A DNA stretch of 64,000 nucleotides from positions 186,001-250,000 of the forward strand of contig JAQGDQ010000188.1 of assembly GCA_030141605.1 (NCBI GenBank), given 5' to 3'. The notes under the pieces are model-generated. The model was not told the origin of the DNA, did no database searches, and saw only the letters and a list, made by a program, of their open reading frames with translations. Numbering within the stretch: the first letter of the stretch is position 1; every line of letters starts with the position of its first letter. This DNA comes from Tubiluchus corallicola (taxonomy: Eukaryota; Animalia; Priapulida). Position numbers and translations under genes: made by a program. Below, one piece after another: positions 38,518 through 52,300 of the stretch.

Positions 38518-38885
38518 TCGAAATATTTTTTCTCGCACCGTATTATAACTCCATGAAATAAGCAACCAAAAGAAGTAACCGATACCTGCTATTTGCTAAC
38601 AACGCTCAGGATGTTCCGCAAAACTGAAGCTGTGTCACGGCAAATAAAATATACATTAGGTATAAAAACTATTTTCATTTTCCATATACATACAGCAGTG
38701 GTCGAAATATTTTTTCTCGCACCGTATTATAACTCCATGAAATAAGCAACCAAAAGAAGTAACCGATACCTGCTATTTGCTAACAACGCTCAGGATGTTC
38801 CGAAAAACTGAAGCTGTGTCACGGCAAATAAAATATACATTAGGTATAAAAACTATTTTCATTTTCCATATACATACAGCAGTGG
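38518..38885. repeat. 184-bp direct tandem duplication (2 copies)
   Basis: 38518-38701 and 38702-38885 are identical apart from one difference seen (ccgcaaaac vs ccgaaaaac). Confidence 0.97.
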
Positions 38886-39462
38886 TGCCTAAGGCCCTAT
38901 GCTATAACAAATAAATATTTCTGTTGTCTTTTATACCAATAGATTACTATTGCACCTAATAAAAACTTGCTTTGTAGTGACAATGTAGATGTATCATCAT
39001 GCACTAGAGTACTGCACTGCCCATCACACTTATGAGGAACTTATGATTAGCAGTTTCACATTTGTTCAATGTATCTTATTGTGAAGCATAATATGAGTAC
39101 TAATTCATACTCATGGCAAGAAATACAGGTCTCTGACCCAAAAAATAGCAGTACAGATCCGTACTCACATGGGAATGATAGAGATATAGTAGCAATGCAT
39201 CAAAAATCAAGATTCACATCCACCTTAATTGTTACACTATTAATCTAATTATATGGGCAATACATGTTTGAGGACCCACACATACATGCACGCACATGTA
39301 CAAACACATAGCAGAATCTTTTACACCAATAAAAATCCCAATGTCGTTGAAATTTCCAAGTCCCTTTATATTTTCAGTTTTATTTAATTTGTTTTTAGCT
39401 GCTGCTTTGTAGTATTTTTAACTGTGGTGATTTCCTGCTAATGACTTGATGTATAACATAAC

Positions 39463-39964
39463 CAGTGGCCGCTTGTAGCTAAAATTAGAGAGGAACTGCT
39501 TCAGAAATTTTTTGCCATTGTTTTAATACCGTGAAAAATGAAACAAACATATGTAATTTTAATGTTTTTGAACAAACAAACATATGTAAGTTTATACAAA
39601 ATTTGATAAAATCCTAAACAAAAGAAATATTTTTTGCTTACTAATAGCCTAAATAGTCGCATTTCAAGCTTTGATCCATTCACGGTAAGCACACGGTAAC
39701 TGACAATGTGAGCATCAGTAATTTCTCTTCCTGGGCTCAGACATGTGTGCATGGCCGCATGCGCACCACAGCCAAATACGGTGTTACTGGAGCACACTGT
39801 GCTGGGCTGTGAAGCAAACAGTACTACCCCTCACCTGCTCTGATTTCGTACAAGTATAAAGAAAGAGCTAAAGAAAAAGACTTATTATATTAAATATTAT
39901 CAATAATGTTGAGTGAAAATTGGGGTGCTGCAGTTCCACAGTACCCGTATACGAGCCGCCACTG
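39463..39964. mobile_element. hAT-type MITE
   Basis: TIRs cagtggccgcttgta / tacgagccgccactg; 8-bp flanks aacataac / aacataat. Confidence 0.82.
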
Positions 39965-40210
39965 AACATAATTTTCAGCTCTGAATTAGTTTCAAATCAT
40001 AACTTTCGAGCAAAATTTGACTAGAAGCTAATGCTTTGCCAAAACCTCCAAATGTATCCTAAGGTAAGGTAGGTTAAATTTCATGGCAATTTCAAAATAC
40101 GTTAGAACCTAATGTGTGTGTCTTCTAAAGTTTACATACTTTATGTAAGCTAATATTCAGGACTATAAGTTGTCACCAAGGAAACTTTGCATCTGAAAGA
40201 CAGTTTTTAG

Positions 40211-40490
40211 CAGGGGTGTCAGATCATTCTCTACTACAAAGCGAATTCGAATCAAATCGAATTTATGACTTTCGAACACAAATTAATCCACACTTTGAGA
40301 TTTCAAATCCGAATCGAGTTCAAATTTAGTTTTTAAAATTTTCGAACCATTAATAAAAAGCACTCACAAAGATCATGCATTCTACATGACCTTATTTAAC
40401 AGAAAAAACATGAATAATTTGTTTAAAATAAAGATTCAAATTGAATTCAAACAAAAAACTCATTCGAATAGAATTTGAACATCATCCCTG
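40211..40490 (-). mobile_element. Internally deleted copy of the TTCGAA-rich MITE family
   Basis: caggggtg...cattctctactacaaagcgaattcgaatc...acaaagatcatgcat...aactcattcgaat...catccctg. Confidence 0.75.
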
Positions 40491-40950
40491 TAGTTATAAA
40501 CTACACACGTAGTTAATCACTCACATTGTCAAAACTTTTCCATGATCTAGACTGGAGATTGTCACTTCGCAAATAGATCACCTAGCTACCTCATACACAT
40601 CTTACATCAAATGCTAAAACTAAAAGTACGTACAGTTAATTGTGCTTACCATAAGCATTACCATTAGTCATTACCATAGGATAGCCCAGTTAGTTAATTT
40701 ATTGTTGTAATTATTATAGCGTATTTTCAAGAAATTTGTACGCGAAAAAATTATACTGAATTTCACTATATGATGCTATGTTTAGAAAACAATGCCACAT
40801 TTTCAAAAGCCGCCATTTAATATAAATAGACGAACTTGGTTAAAACAAATTAGAAACCTTTTAACGTAAATATTTCAATGCAAAATTAGCAAGTGAAGTG
40901 CAAACATGTTATTAAAGAATAATGGAAATACGTGGGAGATGCTTACTTAC

Positions 40951-41060
40951 GTTCCTTGCGAGGTACAACTATTATTACTTTCCAAATCCTATTATTGTAC
41001 AGCACAGAACAAGCTGAGCACGAAACCAAAACAAGTGCAAATCTTACAGAGATTATTTGG
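40951..41060 (-). other. Probable non-coding first exon of E2F
   Basis: Consensus donor AAC|GTAAGT at 40950 on the - strand, next to the E2F-site cluster. The E2F coding exon starts at a splice acceptor, so an upstream exon is needed. The 5' boundary is a guess. Confidence 0.55.
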
Positions 41061-41083
41061 CGGGAATTGTATTTCCCGGGAAA
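41056..41083. promoter_or_regulatory. E2F-binding element TTTGGCGGGAA plus palindrome TTTCCCGGGAAA in the E2F/PNP divergent promoter
   Basis: Matches the TTTSSCGS E2F consensus on both strands. Another TTTTCGCG on the - strand at 40741-40748 and a YY1-like GCCGCCATTT near 40809. Confidence 0.7.
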
Positions 41084-41442
41084 CTGTACTTTTATTTCGA
41101 GTCGCGTTTGTTGCCTAAAATACTATCATTCTAATGGTATTTAAAAAAATTACGGATTGTGCTGAACTAAGTGGCAAGGGCCCCTAATTATGCAGACAAG
41201 TATTATTTCAATATTAACTTGTTTTTGTTGTACTTGTCTTGTCTTTAAAAGTGTTAAATTGTATTCTTGTAAAAAAGTAGAAGGCTTTGATAAGTGACGA
41301 AATCAGAAGCATTAGATCGATGTTAATGGCGATGACCTAGGGCGTTCATTGAAAATAAAAACAACTTTTATTTATTTATTGTGAAAATTCTGCACAAAAC
41401 CACAGAACTATTATATTCGTATAGATATCATTTATTATTATA

Positions 41443-44400
41443 ATGGAGAAAGCCGTGCACACATCCAGGTTATACATCTTTTAAATTTTTGCTGGAAAAT
41501 TCGTAGAAGAGTACTGTGTAGTGTACTAGTAGTAGTAGTAGTATGTAGTATAGTAGTAGACTAGGCTAGGTATTTGTAGAATTCCATTTTTGCTTAACTA
41601 TTAACATTGCATAGTAGTGCTGCTATGGGAATGTTGGGCGCCGAGTAACCCACCAGCCGAAGTAGGACAATTGGCTAACATTAGCTAGCCCAAGTAGGAC
41701 GCGTCGTACATATGTATTTAATAATAATAATTGAAAACGTCAAAAACGTTGAATAATTTATTATACATCTGGTAAAATAAAAGAATCTTATTTTGAGTTA
41801 GTAAAATGGGCAATATTACTTATTAGAATTGGCTTCGATATTAATATTTCTGAAGTGAAATAAACCACTCCTTAGGCGATTCCAACATTTGCTTAAGGTA
41901 TATTATTTTATTTTGTCTCGCTTCACAGACATGTGATCCGTTTCACTACCTCTTGGACAAATAATCGTTTTCTACTAAGTAAACGGGCTAGCGAGCTATG
42001 TGCCCTACATAGTTTCTCTCTTGAAAGCATTAGATACTTAGTTTAATGTTATGATGATGTTAATGGAGCTAATAATAATAGTACTGATGAAAATACACTT
42101 ATTATTGTAAAAAAATACATTGTAAATTGTCCATCATTATTATAAAGTTGCTCTAAATAAATTTAGTTTTACGTTTCATTATGTCATAATTCTCGACAGA
42201 AATTGCCAGTGTCCTTCTTGGGCTGCCCATGTACGACACTGCTTTTCCGCAAATATAGCTCATGCGCTTTACCAGAAGTGCCCTACTTCGACTAGTGGGT
42301 TACTCGGCGCCCTACAGGAAATTATCCATAATCACCATCTGGATATATTCTGAATGGTTTCTGAGAAATTGTTTATCAACAAACTGTCTTGGTCTCTCGT
42401 GGTCTCATGAGTGATAGGATTCGAGCACAAACATGTCGCGAAAGTCCAATGCGAGACCTTAAGATTTTTACACAGGCTTGACATTGTTTTCCGTGGTATT
42501 AATAAATTGTATTGTGCAATGAAAGCATCTAAAAACAGACATTCAAATTTCTAGTAATACATTGTAATGTGGTAGGTTCGAAAAAACTGAAACGTAAAGA
42601 AAAGTAAGAAGTTAATGCGAGAGTGGTTGCAAAAAAGAAAAATTCTTGGAGCCCACTATTAATTTTCTCCATTAGAATTTGTACTTGATCAAGAAAATTA
42701 CAGAGCTTGTCTTAGGATGCCTCCAAGGACCAAAGAATTTTGGTCAACAGTTCAGATAGTTAGAGCTAGTTGAATGTAAATCAGTGGTCTCAAATTCAAA
42801 TCACGAGCGTGTAATTCACTTTCAGCATCAACCTTTTCTTCAACAAATGCCAACAACAAACAACATTCTAAAGGCTAATTAATATAGGTCTTGGACATAA
42901 ACAATCAGGTTTATTAATTTATAGCTTCTCCAAGTTTAAACATTTCTTAGCTAGGTGAATTAGCTAAAATTGGTTACACATTAACGTTTCATGATTTAGA
43001 TCACTAATAAATGAAAACTATGTGCAGTGCAAATTTATTATTATCAGTTTATCTGATTAGGTCACAAGTGCCAACACCCTACTATTCCGCAATCCCTGTT
43101 CCTGTACAGCTCATGTTAAAACAGTGATGCTAGCTGTACACTATAAGCCTCCCTATTTGTGTGGTGAATCTGAGCTTCTTGGTTTATTTTGCAAGACTGC
43201 ATTTGTGTATGCCAATGGTTTTTATAATTATTATTATAAATCTGTATGCTGACACATGAACGTGAGAGACGTTATTACTGGTTAATATGGTGGGTATTAC
43301 TGGTTATTACGTGGGTATCCCATGGAGTCGAATCTGAAGAAAATCAGGTTAAAAGTGAACAAACTCCAGACTTTCATCCCACTTCTTCAAACGAGTTAAT
43401 CGACATTTTACACCGTTTGCACATTTCCTGGCCGTATAAGCGATTCATCCGACATCATCTGACAATTTGGTTTTATCAGACTGTGTGAACCGTGCCTTAG
43501 CAATTCTAATAGAATACATTCAAATTTTCGTTAATATCCAAAAACAGCAGACGATTTTTGATTGATCTTTGTTGTTAATTCCTTTACACAAACTACGATT
43601 AATGTCACCGATGAAAAGTAAAGTGACACCTACAACGACTAAATTTAATTAGGCTCCTATGTGTAACAGGTATGTGCAAAATCAACAGTTACTGCATAAA
43701 ACTTATTCTGTAAATAGTAGGAAAATAACTGTTGCTTTTGTGGCAAATGCTTTAAGGTAAAACTATTATTTACTTGGGTGGCAGAGATGGAAGAATGTGA
43801 TTGTTTCTGATTTAGGCACGCCACCTTATTGATTATTTTAGCTGCAAAATGTTACACAGCTAAGGTAAGTTTTGAGGGCTAAGCCAATGCAAGTGCTTAA
43901 TATTATCAGTACTGTATACTCGGCATTCATCATCTAGTGCAACATTTCATCATTGGACAGCAAAAAGTAGATTTGACCAATTGCAGAATAGCGAATAGCA
44001 GTGACAAATAGTTGTATGATGACAGTGCAACAACCATGCATATTTCTATTAAAATGAAAAGTAACCAAATATTCCAGCAATCCCTAATTATAAGGCTGTG
44101 CTACTTCTAGACAGGCATGTAAGGATCATTGAGTTTTCCAGGGTTTTTTGTGCCAATACTGATTGTGTTATTTTGGCAAAAATCAACTACATGTTGCAGC
44201 AGGCTCATCCAAGAATTTACCATCTGTGAGAGAAAATTATTCCAAAGGCATTCTTTTTTATGACTTCATATTTTGTACATTTTCCTTTGAGTCCATGTAG
44301 GTGCACTCACTGTTTAAGTGACCTTCCTATAATTTCATTATCTCACCTTCTTAAAAATGCTGACAGAAAAATAGTAGAGAATCTGATGCATTTCTTGTAT

Positions 44401-47400
44401 TAATTAGGGAGAACACATAAATCCAATGACAATGTAATTTTATTTGCCAATTGATAAACTGGTTACACTATTTTGTTGTTTTATATTTATGCATTGCGGC
44501 ACACTGGCATTCATCTTTTGCATTGCGACTTGCAAACTTGACTTTTTTTGCAGTTTCAAGTAGTGGCTGCCATAAGTAGGAAAAAAGTGAATTGAAATAA
44601 ATGAAATGAAAATTTATGATCATTAGTAATCTCCATTTTGTTTACATAAGGCAATAAAATGTCAAACAATGTCTTGATGAAAATTTTTTCTTTGAAGTTT
44701 CTATATTAATAATTGATATATATATGTATATATATATATATCAATTATCCATGAAATCAATTATTTTTTAGCACGATTTTTATTTTTACTTAGGCCTGTT
44801 TCATGCATGTAATTTTTTAATACAGGTACGATCGCTTGGCTTGAAAATAAAGTTTGGTTATAATTAAGTTCCTCCAAAATGCGACTGTAATCTCATATCC
44901 GAATATATCACATTAACGAATGTGAAGTGTTGCACATAAACTAAACCGAGCTAAACAATTCTGCATTAAATATTCGGTTTCCTAAAGCTATGCATGTTAA
45001 ACACCCTTTACACAGAGGTGCTGCTTCTTTTGAATGGCTGAATACTTACTGTGTGTACATTATTGTACACTTACATTTTTTATCTTATGTAAAATGTTGT
45101 ACTCAATATTATGAGTACACTACTGTCACCTCACTACTGCTTTAAAAGCACTTTTAAATCCTGATCTGAACATACAGCAGCAGTACGTAGCCAATAAGTT
45201 TTTAATTTGCATGTATAGATTTGCACATGTGTATGCATTTTGCATTCTTTCATTTGTATATTCAATCAATTTTTCTTACTCATCCCACATTCTTATCATG
45301 TATTAATAAATAGTGCATCATACAGGAACAGAGTAGTGAAAGGAGCAGAGTAGGAAAGAAAAAGAGACAGTGAGGCAGGCATGGATAAGCACTTTCCTGA
45401 AAATGTTGCAAGAAATATAATGTTGCTAAATTTCTGCAAGTATACAGTGGTCACTGTTGCGATAATCATTTTGTTTGCTATTGACACTTGGGCTTACTGT
45501 GACTACTGTCATATTTTGCTTTGCAGTTTATTCTAACATTGTTGGCATCAGGCTGATATAATGCCACTTTGGTAATGATGTTCAAAATTTTCTATTTCGT
45601 ACTTAAGCACTATAGGTCAATGGAATGAAATTCTTATACTGTGAACTAATGCACACGGTTAATGTTTAGACGATGGCTAAAGTGATCTAGCACCTAGTCC
45701 TGTAAGGCACAACCAACAAAATTTGTTGCACCTAAAATTACATTAGTGTTGCAAAACAACCAGTTCAGCTAATTCCTGAACAGCTTTTTGATATCACTGT
45801 TTTATGAGATATTTGGAAGCAAACTGCTAATGGCTTTTGACATACAGGAATTTTATACAACATCTGGTAAAGTTGCTTTTCATAGTATGATTGCCCTCTA
45901 ACAATTTTTCCAGACTACTTGCTATAAATAAAATGAATGGTCTGGAACAAAGTTTAGCTGGTCAGACCATCCTGCATCTCTGTAAGTGTACAAGCTGTTG
46001 CTGTACTGCCCAGGTCATAGACATTTAATGGAGGTCATTGCTAGGTTATACAGTGCACGGCTGTTTTTGAAGTTCATAGGAAGTAGCATATAGATATTTT
46101 TTGATTTTTCAAATTTTTACAAACGGTCAGAATAAAAAAATGCAGGAAATTGATGTACAAACATGTAATATAAGCATGCAAGCCTTTAGTACTTGTGTAA
46201 TAAGCAGTTTTCTCTTCCTGTATCGTATGTCGCTAGTTCATTGTACAAGTTATCTGTTTTAAGTTATTACTGCAGAGTATTATTGGTTAGTAATGGCTTG
46301 TGCAAAAGTTACCGTAGCTCCACATTGTCAAACAATGATGTATCAAACAAGGTAGCTATAAAAGACACATTAAAACTGTTTAATATTAATTATTTAATTG
46401 TTTGTAATAATTATTTTACTTAAGCAATAGTGCTGCAAAGATCTAATGTGCTAAAAGACTGGTACCTACCTGCTAATACGTATGCAAAAGTTTCCATAAA
46501 AATTTTAATTATTTTTGCAAAAAGTTGAAAGGTGTTTGACAAAATTTGGATTTTTTTGGATATAATAATAATAATGCTTGGTTTCTGTTCCTTGATTTGA
46601 TTGAGGCTATTTATTCGGTTTTTGTATGCTGCCACAATACTATAAAACTCAAGCGCATAACTCTTGTTTTGTGTTCTAGTTACTCTTATGATGAGATTGA
46701 TGCCATTGCAAAGTATTTGCTGGAGCATACCAAGCACAGACCCATGATTGCTATGATTTTAGGCACAGGCTGTGGTGGTCTTGCCGAAATTGTGGAAGAA
46801 CAGCAGATTTTTAACTACACAGATATACCAAATTTTCCAGTTAGCACAGGTAACTTGCCACAATATTCTAAAGTTTCAAAAAAAGCTTTTAATAATTTCT
46901 ACCAGTTATCATGCTAAATTATACAAAGCTTGCCTGGTTAAATTTCTCAACATTAACTTGGTTTTTCCAAGTGTTATACGAAAAAATAGCAATATTATGT
47001 AATGAAAAAGGTAAGAGAAAATTTTTTGCATTGTAACTTACAGTAATAAAATTTTGGACTAAAGTTTACAATTCCCCAGGTCAGTGATTGTCTAAAGCAT
47101 AAGGCGCTTACATAAAGCTAGTTTTGATTCGTTATTCATAATTTTTCTAAAGACGTGTTGTATCTAATTCTTAGTATTTACTATCAAGGACTTAAAACTA
47201 ACAAAAGTGATAAAACAAAACTCGCCATTATTTTTGTATGCTCCTCTATAAAGTTGTTCACATGTATCATGTGTTTTATTTCAGTCCCTGGTCACGCTGG
47301 TCGATTAGTATTTGGTAAGTTAGCTGGCAAGGAGGTTGTCTGTATGCAAGGTCGCTTCCACACATATGAAGGTTATCCCATTTCAACTGTAAGTATGCTG

Positions 47401-49362
47401 TCACAATTGCATATATTGTTCTGTGATCATATGTTTGATTCTGTGTTTTTTAATGCACTTTGGCATACTGCAGTCCATCATTCAGTGTTATTTCTGCGGA
47501 AAAACAGAATGATGACTTGTTATTAAGTCTGTACAGTGTCGACCACATTCAGATGTGAATTCATCCTCCCTCAAAGAGCTAGAATCTTTTGCAAATAAAG
47601 TTACCCAAAGGGAGTATGGATCTCGGTTTCATTTCACTAAACCAATCACCCATCATTTCACTAAAAATGTATTTTTACTTTCAATTTAGTGCGCAATGCC
47701 TGTTAGAGTTTTCCATCTTATGGGTGCTCACACGATGATTGTTACTAATGCAGCTGGAGGCTTGAATCCTGCATTTAATGTTGGGGATGTAATGATGATC
47801 AAAGATCAGCTTTATTTTCCTGGATTTGCGGGTGATAATCCATTACGTGGAATTAACGATGACAGGTAAGTAACTTAAATATACTATGCTCATCGCATAG
47901 TGGTACTAAGCACTGTATTTAAGCATGAATAAGTTATCAAAGCCTGTAAAAAATCTGTTTCTTCAACTTCTGTTTTCTGTGGATAAAGAACTTTAAAATT
48001 AAAACTAACAACAGTGGCAATATATGAGATAGAAGACTATTAGTTGTACTGAATGATGATATTAATGGTGACGATGGTCACAATGGCAGCAGGCGAGGTA
48101 GTTATCACAACAACAGTTATTATAGTAACAGCAACAATTTGTGCTTGTTGATTATTGTAACAAGTCTGTTGTTTAATCTATAAAAGACTACTCATGAAAG
48201 GTTTACGTAAACTGAAGGGAAATAGGAGAGAAAGATAACGTAGCATTTACAAGACAAAATATATGATATTGGCAATATTATTGGAGTCCAGTTTTTTTCT
48301 TCATTAGAAGCAAAATTCTCTCATGGAATTCTTTTTCCTCCGTTTACTGTTGACAGTAAACTAAAATTAAATCTTCCCCCTTTTGTTTACAGGTTTGGTC
48401 CACGATTTATTGCCATGAGCAATGCTTATGATTCAAAACTACGAAAGCTTTGTCATATGGTAGCAAAAGAGCTGGGATATGAAAGTTTCATGCGTGAAGG
48501 TGTTTACTGCATGTTAGGTGGTCCGTCATTTGAAACGATCGCTGAAGCTAGGATGCTTCGTCTGCTGGGTGGTGACAGCACAGGTAAAGTTGAAAACCAT
48601 TTTCTAGAAATCAACATTACAATGTGTGGTGTGTAAGCAATCATTTTGTACCAAGAACGTTATCTGATCACTTTTCATAATAATCTGTACGCTTCATTAA
48701 AATAGTCCTCTGTGCAATAAAAGAAGCTGTTATGCTAAAAAGGTTTAATTAATAGAATTCTAAACTATTATCTACTTCTACTCTTCTTTATTTTTAGATT
48801 CATTGGCATGTTATATGATACGTGCACCAGCATTGCTATTTTCATTTTATTATAATATAAATTCGTAAATTTTAAAATAGTTTTCCGAGGCTATGCATGA
48901 AACTGGCTTTATTAAATGTTTATGTGTTTTTCATTAATATGTATATACTTTTACAACAAGTTTCCCCCTTCCACATTGAACTGTTACAAAATGTGTAAAT
49001 GATAAATGTTCAAAATTGTCCACCTAACGTGCACTGGTTTTGAATTTATCACGATAAAGTTTAAATGTGATATTTTTTGCAAAATATGTAGATGTAAGCC
49101 TGTAACATTGTACATTTTTTAACATAGAAAAATCACTGATCTCTTAGGTATGAGTACTTGCCATGAAACAATTGTAGCTCGTCACTGCAACATGCGTGTG
49201 TTGGGTATGTCACTTATAACAAACATGGTTGTTATGGACTACGATGAAGTACGTGTAGCCAATCACGAAGAGGTACTGGAGACAGGACGTCAACGAGGCA
49301 AAGATCTACAAAACTTGGTGTTTAACGTTGTGAAGCGAATTGAAGACCCCGAAGATGATTAG
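41443..49362 (+). CDS. PNP: Purine nucleoside phosphorylase (trimeric PNP), ~293 aa, 6 exons
   Basis: Exons 46680-46849, 47285-47388 ([11 protein letters not shown]...QGRFH), 47690-47865 (TNAAGGLN), 48393-48583 (GPSFET), 49148-49362 (GMST...SLITN...ANHEEVL). The first exon 41443-41468 (MEKAVHTS, phase 2) is frame-compatible but tentative. Confidence 0.96.
41632..42316. mobile_element. Non-autonomous DNA transposon with TGT...ACA ends and 4-bp TSD (Ginger-like)
   Basis: ~38-bp TIRs tgttgggcgccgagtaacccaccagccgaagtagg / cctacttcgactagtgggttactcggcgccctaca, with ggaa on both flanks. Confidence 0.8.
42590..42730 (+). mobile_element. PIF/Harbinger transposase N-terminal remnant
   Basis: [15 protein letters not shown]...[13 protein letters not shown] resembles Harbinger transposase N-termini. 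A Harbinger-like end gtgtgaaccgtgcc|tta lies near 43484-43500. Confidence 0.5.
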
Positions 49363-52300
49363 TAAGTTATATGATCAGCAATGAGTAGACAGAAATGAAT
49401 CCTGTTGGTAATTTACAATTTACCACAAATCTTCACTGATCCATTTGGTGCAGCTTTTATGTGTCCTTATCAGTTGTCATATCTTTTCAACATATTTTAA
49501 CATTTTTGAACAGTTAGGGAAAAATCAGTCGTGCAAACACAAAGTAACTTATGATAATTATGGTAACTATGGTGGTGATGATCATTTTACTGAAAGCAGC
49601 TTTGAATCAAACAACATGAAAAGATTAAGTTTTGTAGCATAGAATCTGCTTGTGAGCTGCACCAATTGAGTGGTCTTTTGAATGATTTGTTGTCCAACAT
49701 ATTTACAGTTTTAGCTGTAACAATCATACATAATCTTTTGTTAGTTGTAGTTTAACGATTTTACTATTAATACAAATTTTTGTTAATCATGTTAATCAAG
49801 CAGAAATGTTTGGAACACTAATCCAAAACTGATTTCTCATAGCCATGCAGTAATTGTGTTTCTGCGTGCAATTTTAACTTTCTCTTTTTGGCTATACGTC
49901 TCAGCAAATTTGGCTAGGTACAGTTGTGGAATTATACTTTTTAACATTTAGTTAGCTGTAATTAGCACTTTAAATTGAGTGTGTCTTGTTCATTGTTCTC
50001 ATATAGGAGAGTATTCATTGGTAGTAAGTGTAGAAATTTAAACATGTTGCTCTATATTGTTAACTTTTATTTATTTCTTTTAATTGCAGCTGTTTTTAAA
50101 CTAGGATTTGTACAGTTGATTTTTCTAGTCCATTATAAATCATAGATCTCAGTTTGTTAATTATACATTCTATAACAAATTACACTCAATTTAGCAGTGA
50201 GCAATTTCTGAGAAATGAAATCAGCGTTTGACAAACTGGGTTTGAGCCTTAATCACACAATAACACATTCTAAAATCTTCCACTAAACAAAACTGTCTGC
50301 TTTTTATTCCTACAAAATGTATATGCATTTTTTATCAAACTGTGTGGTATGTCCTCGATATTGCTATTCTTTATTTATGAGCTTACACATCACATATTAA
50401 AAGTGCTTTGCAACAGTTTTCGTGGTTTTGTAACTGCTACTGGATGGATTTATCTGTTTGTTTGATCATTTTTTTCATTTTCAATTTTTTTAGAAGTTGC
50501 AGTAATAAAATTACGTATTCACTGTTGTGAAACAGCCTGTATTCTTTTAAAGAAATTTGAAAATCTGTTTATCTGGCTTTTTTTGGTACCCGCACAACAT
50601 TTTCGCAGCACCTTGTAATTGTCACAAATATATACTTCATTCATTCAGAATTTTTGATTCTTTACCCTTATGCAATATGCACTAATACTAAATTTGTAAC
50701 TTTTACAAAAGTATTTTATGCTAGTATCATGCATAAAATGCTTTCATTTCATTTGTTTATCTTAAAACTGTGCTCAGCATTATTATTTTCTGTTTTTATT
50801 TGACTATCTGATTAATTTTCAGTAGTTTCAGGTGATAACACAAAGATATAACTATAACTTACATGCGTGATAGCACTTGTATGTATGAAAACTTTGCTTC
50901 TATCTGCCTCCTGTTTTTAATGAAATAACTGTGCATTAAAATAAAAGTCCTTAATTTTAACTTTGGAAATAATAAATAATTTATGAAATTTATCAACATA
51001 GTCAAAGTTGTTTCCATTTATCTTATTTTTTAGTACCATATATTAGGGTGTTTAATTGGCTACGGGTTCCTTATTCTCTGTATAGTTTGTCATACTAGCT
51101 TGTATGTATTGTAAGTTGATATTGAATATACATTATTAGTTATTAACTTGTTCAATACATACAATTTTTCTTGCTCAAGAGCTTAATTGATGTTTGGTGG
51201 TGCGTTACAATCTTTCCTACAGACAAATCATTTTATCTACTTTTTGGTGTTATGACTCGTCTTTGTTAACTGTCTTTCCTGTACTTTGTTGGATGCTTCC
51301 AAAATTTGCTCAAAAGTTAAATTTTGTTGTAAAAAGGTTCATTTGTTCAACTTTATCTAATGATAGTTTTACTAGTAGGTCCATCCAGTAACGTAGTGGA
51401 TAATGCATTAAAAACAAATTTGAAGGGGAATAATTTCATGCATAATGTGTATCAGTGGTATGTTTTTATTTGGCTATGAATAATTTAACATTTATGAAAA
51501 GTAATGTTGACATGATATTTATACAATATTTGGACATTATTTCTGGGAAATCTGAAAAACTGTTGTATTATTCTTGTAACAAGTTTAATTTTGAATGTCC
51601 TTTCAATCTTAATTTTGAGACTGATAGCCATAATATCATAATATGAAGATTCAATCTATCATTACCATGTATGTTATAATTGTAATAATGACATAATAAC
51701 TATCGACACGGTAACATAATGATTGTTAATTGTTAATTTTATCTACTCATTGCATTTCCTGTAAGGATAACATAGCATATTATAATGTACAAGTTTAAGA
51801 AATGTTTACTGATTAAATTTATTGTTAGTGTAGTGCTTGGTTGAACTTGATGATGTTTTCCTAAATATAGCCAAGTTGTAAGAGGAACTGGAATAATGCA
51901 TCTGTTTTGACGCTTGTCAATCAGAATTATCACTTACAAATAGACAAATTTGGAATATCATTATGGGTATGTGTATGAGTGTGTGTATGTCACTTTCATT
52001 TAGTAGTGTTTATAATGAAACCATATATGGTTTAAATATTCTGTTCTGTGTATGTTCATCCTTGCACATATGTGCAACGTATGTTTATCAATGAAATGCT
52101 ATACATGTACTTCGAAATCCTTAGTAATCAGTGCTTGTTAGTGTACTTAACTGTGACAGTTGTCACTGTGAAACTAAATGTGAAGCAGCCCTTAACTGAG
52201 ATTATTCATGTTATATTGGGAGTAGAAACTATGAATGACAAAGCTGTATTAAATTATTATAATCACACAACTGGCTGTGTCCTGCAAATGATAATATGAT

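Noticed and set aside
43816-43864. AG...GTAAGT-bounded segment as PNP coding exon 1
   Set aside because: Its ATG hits a stop after four codons; at most a non-coding exon.
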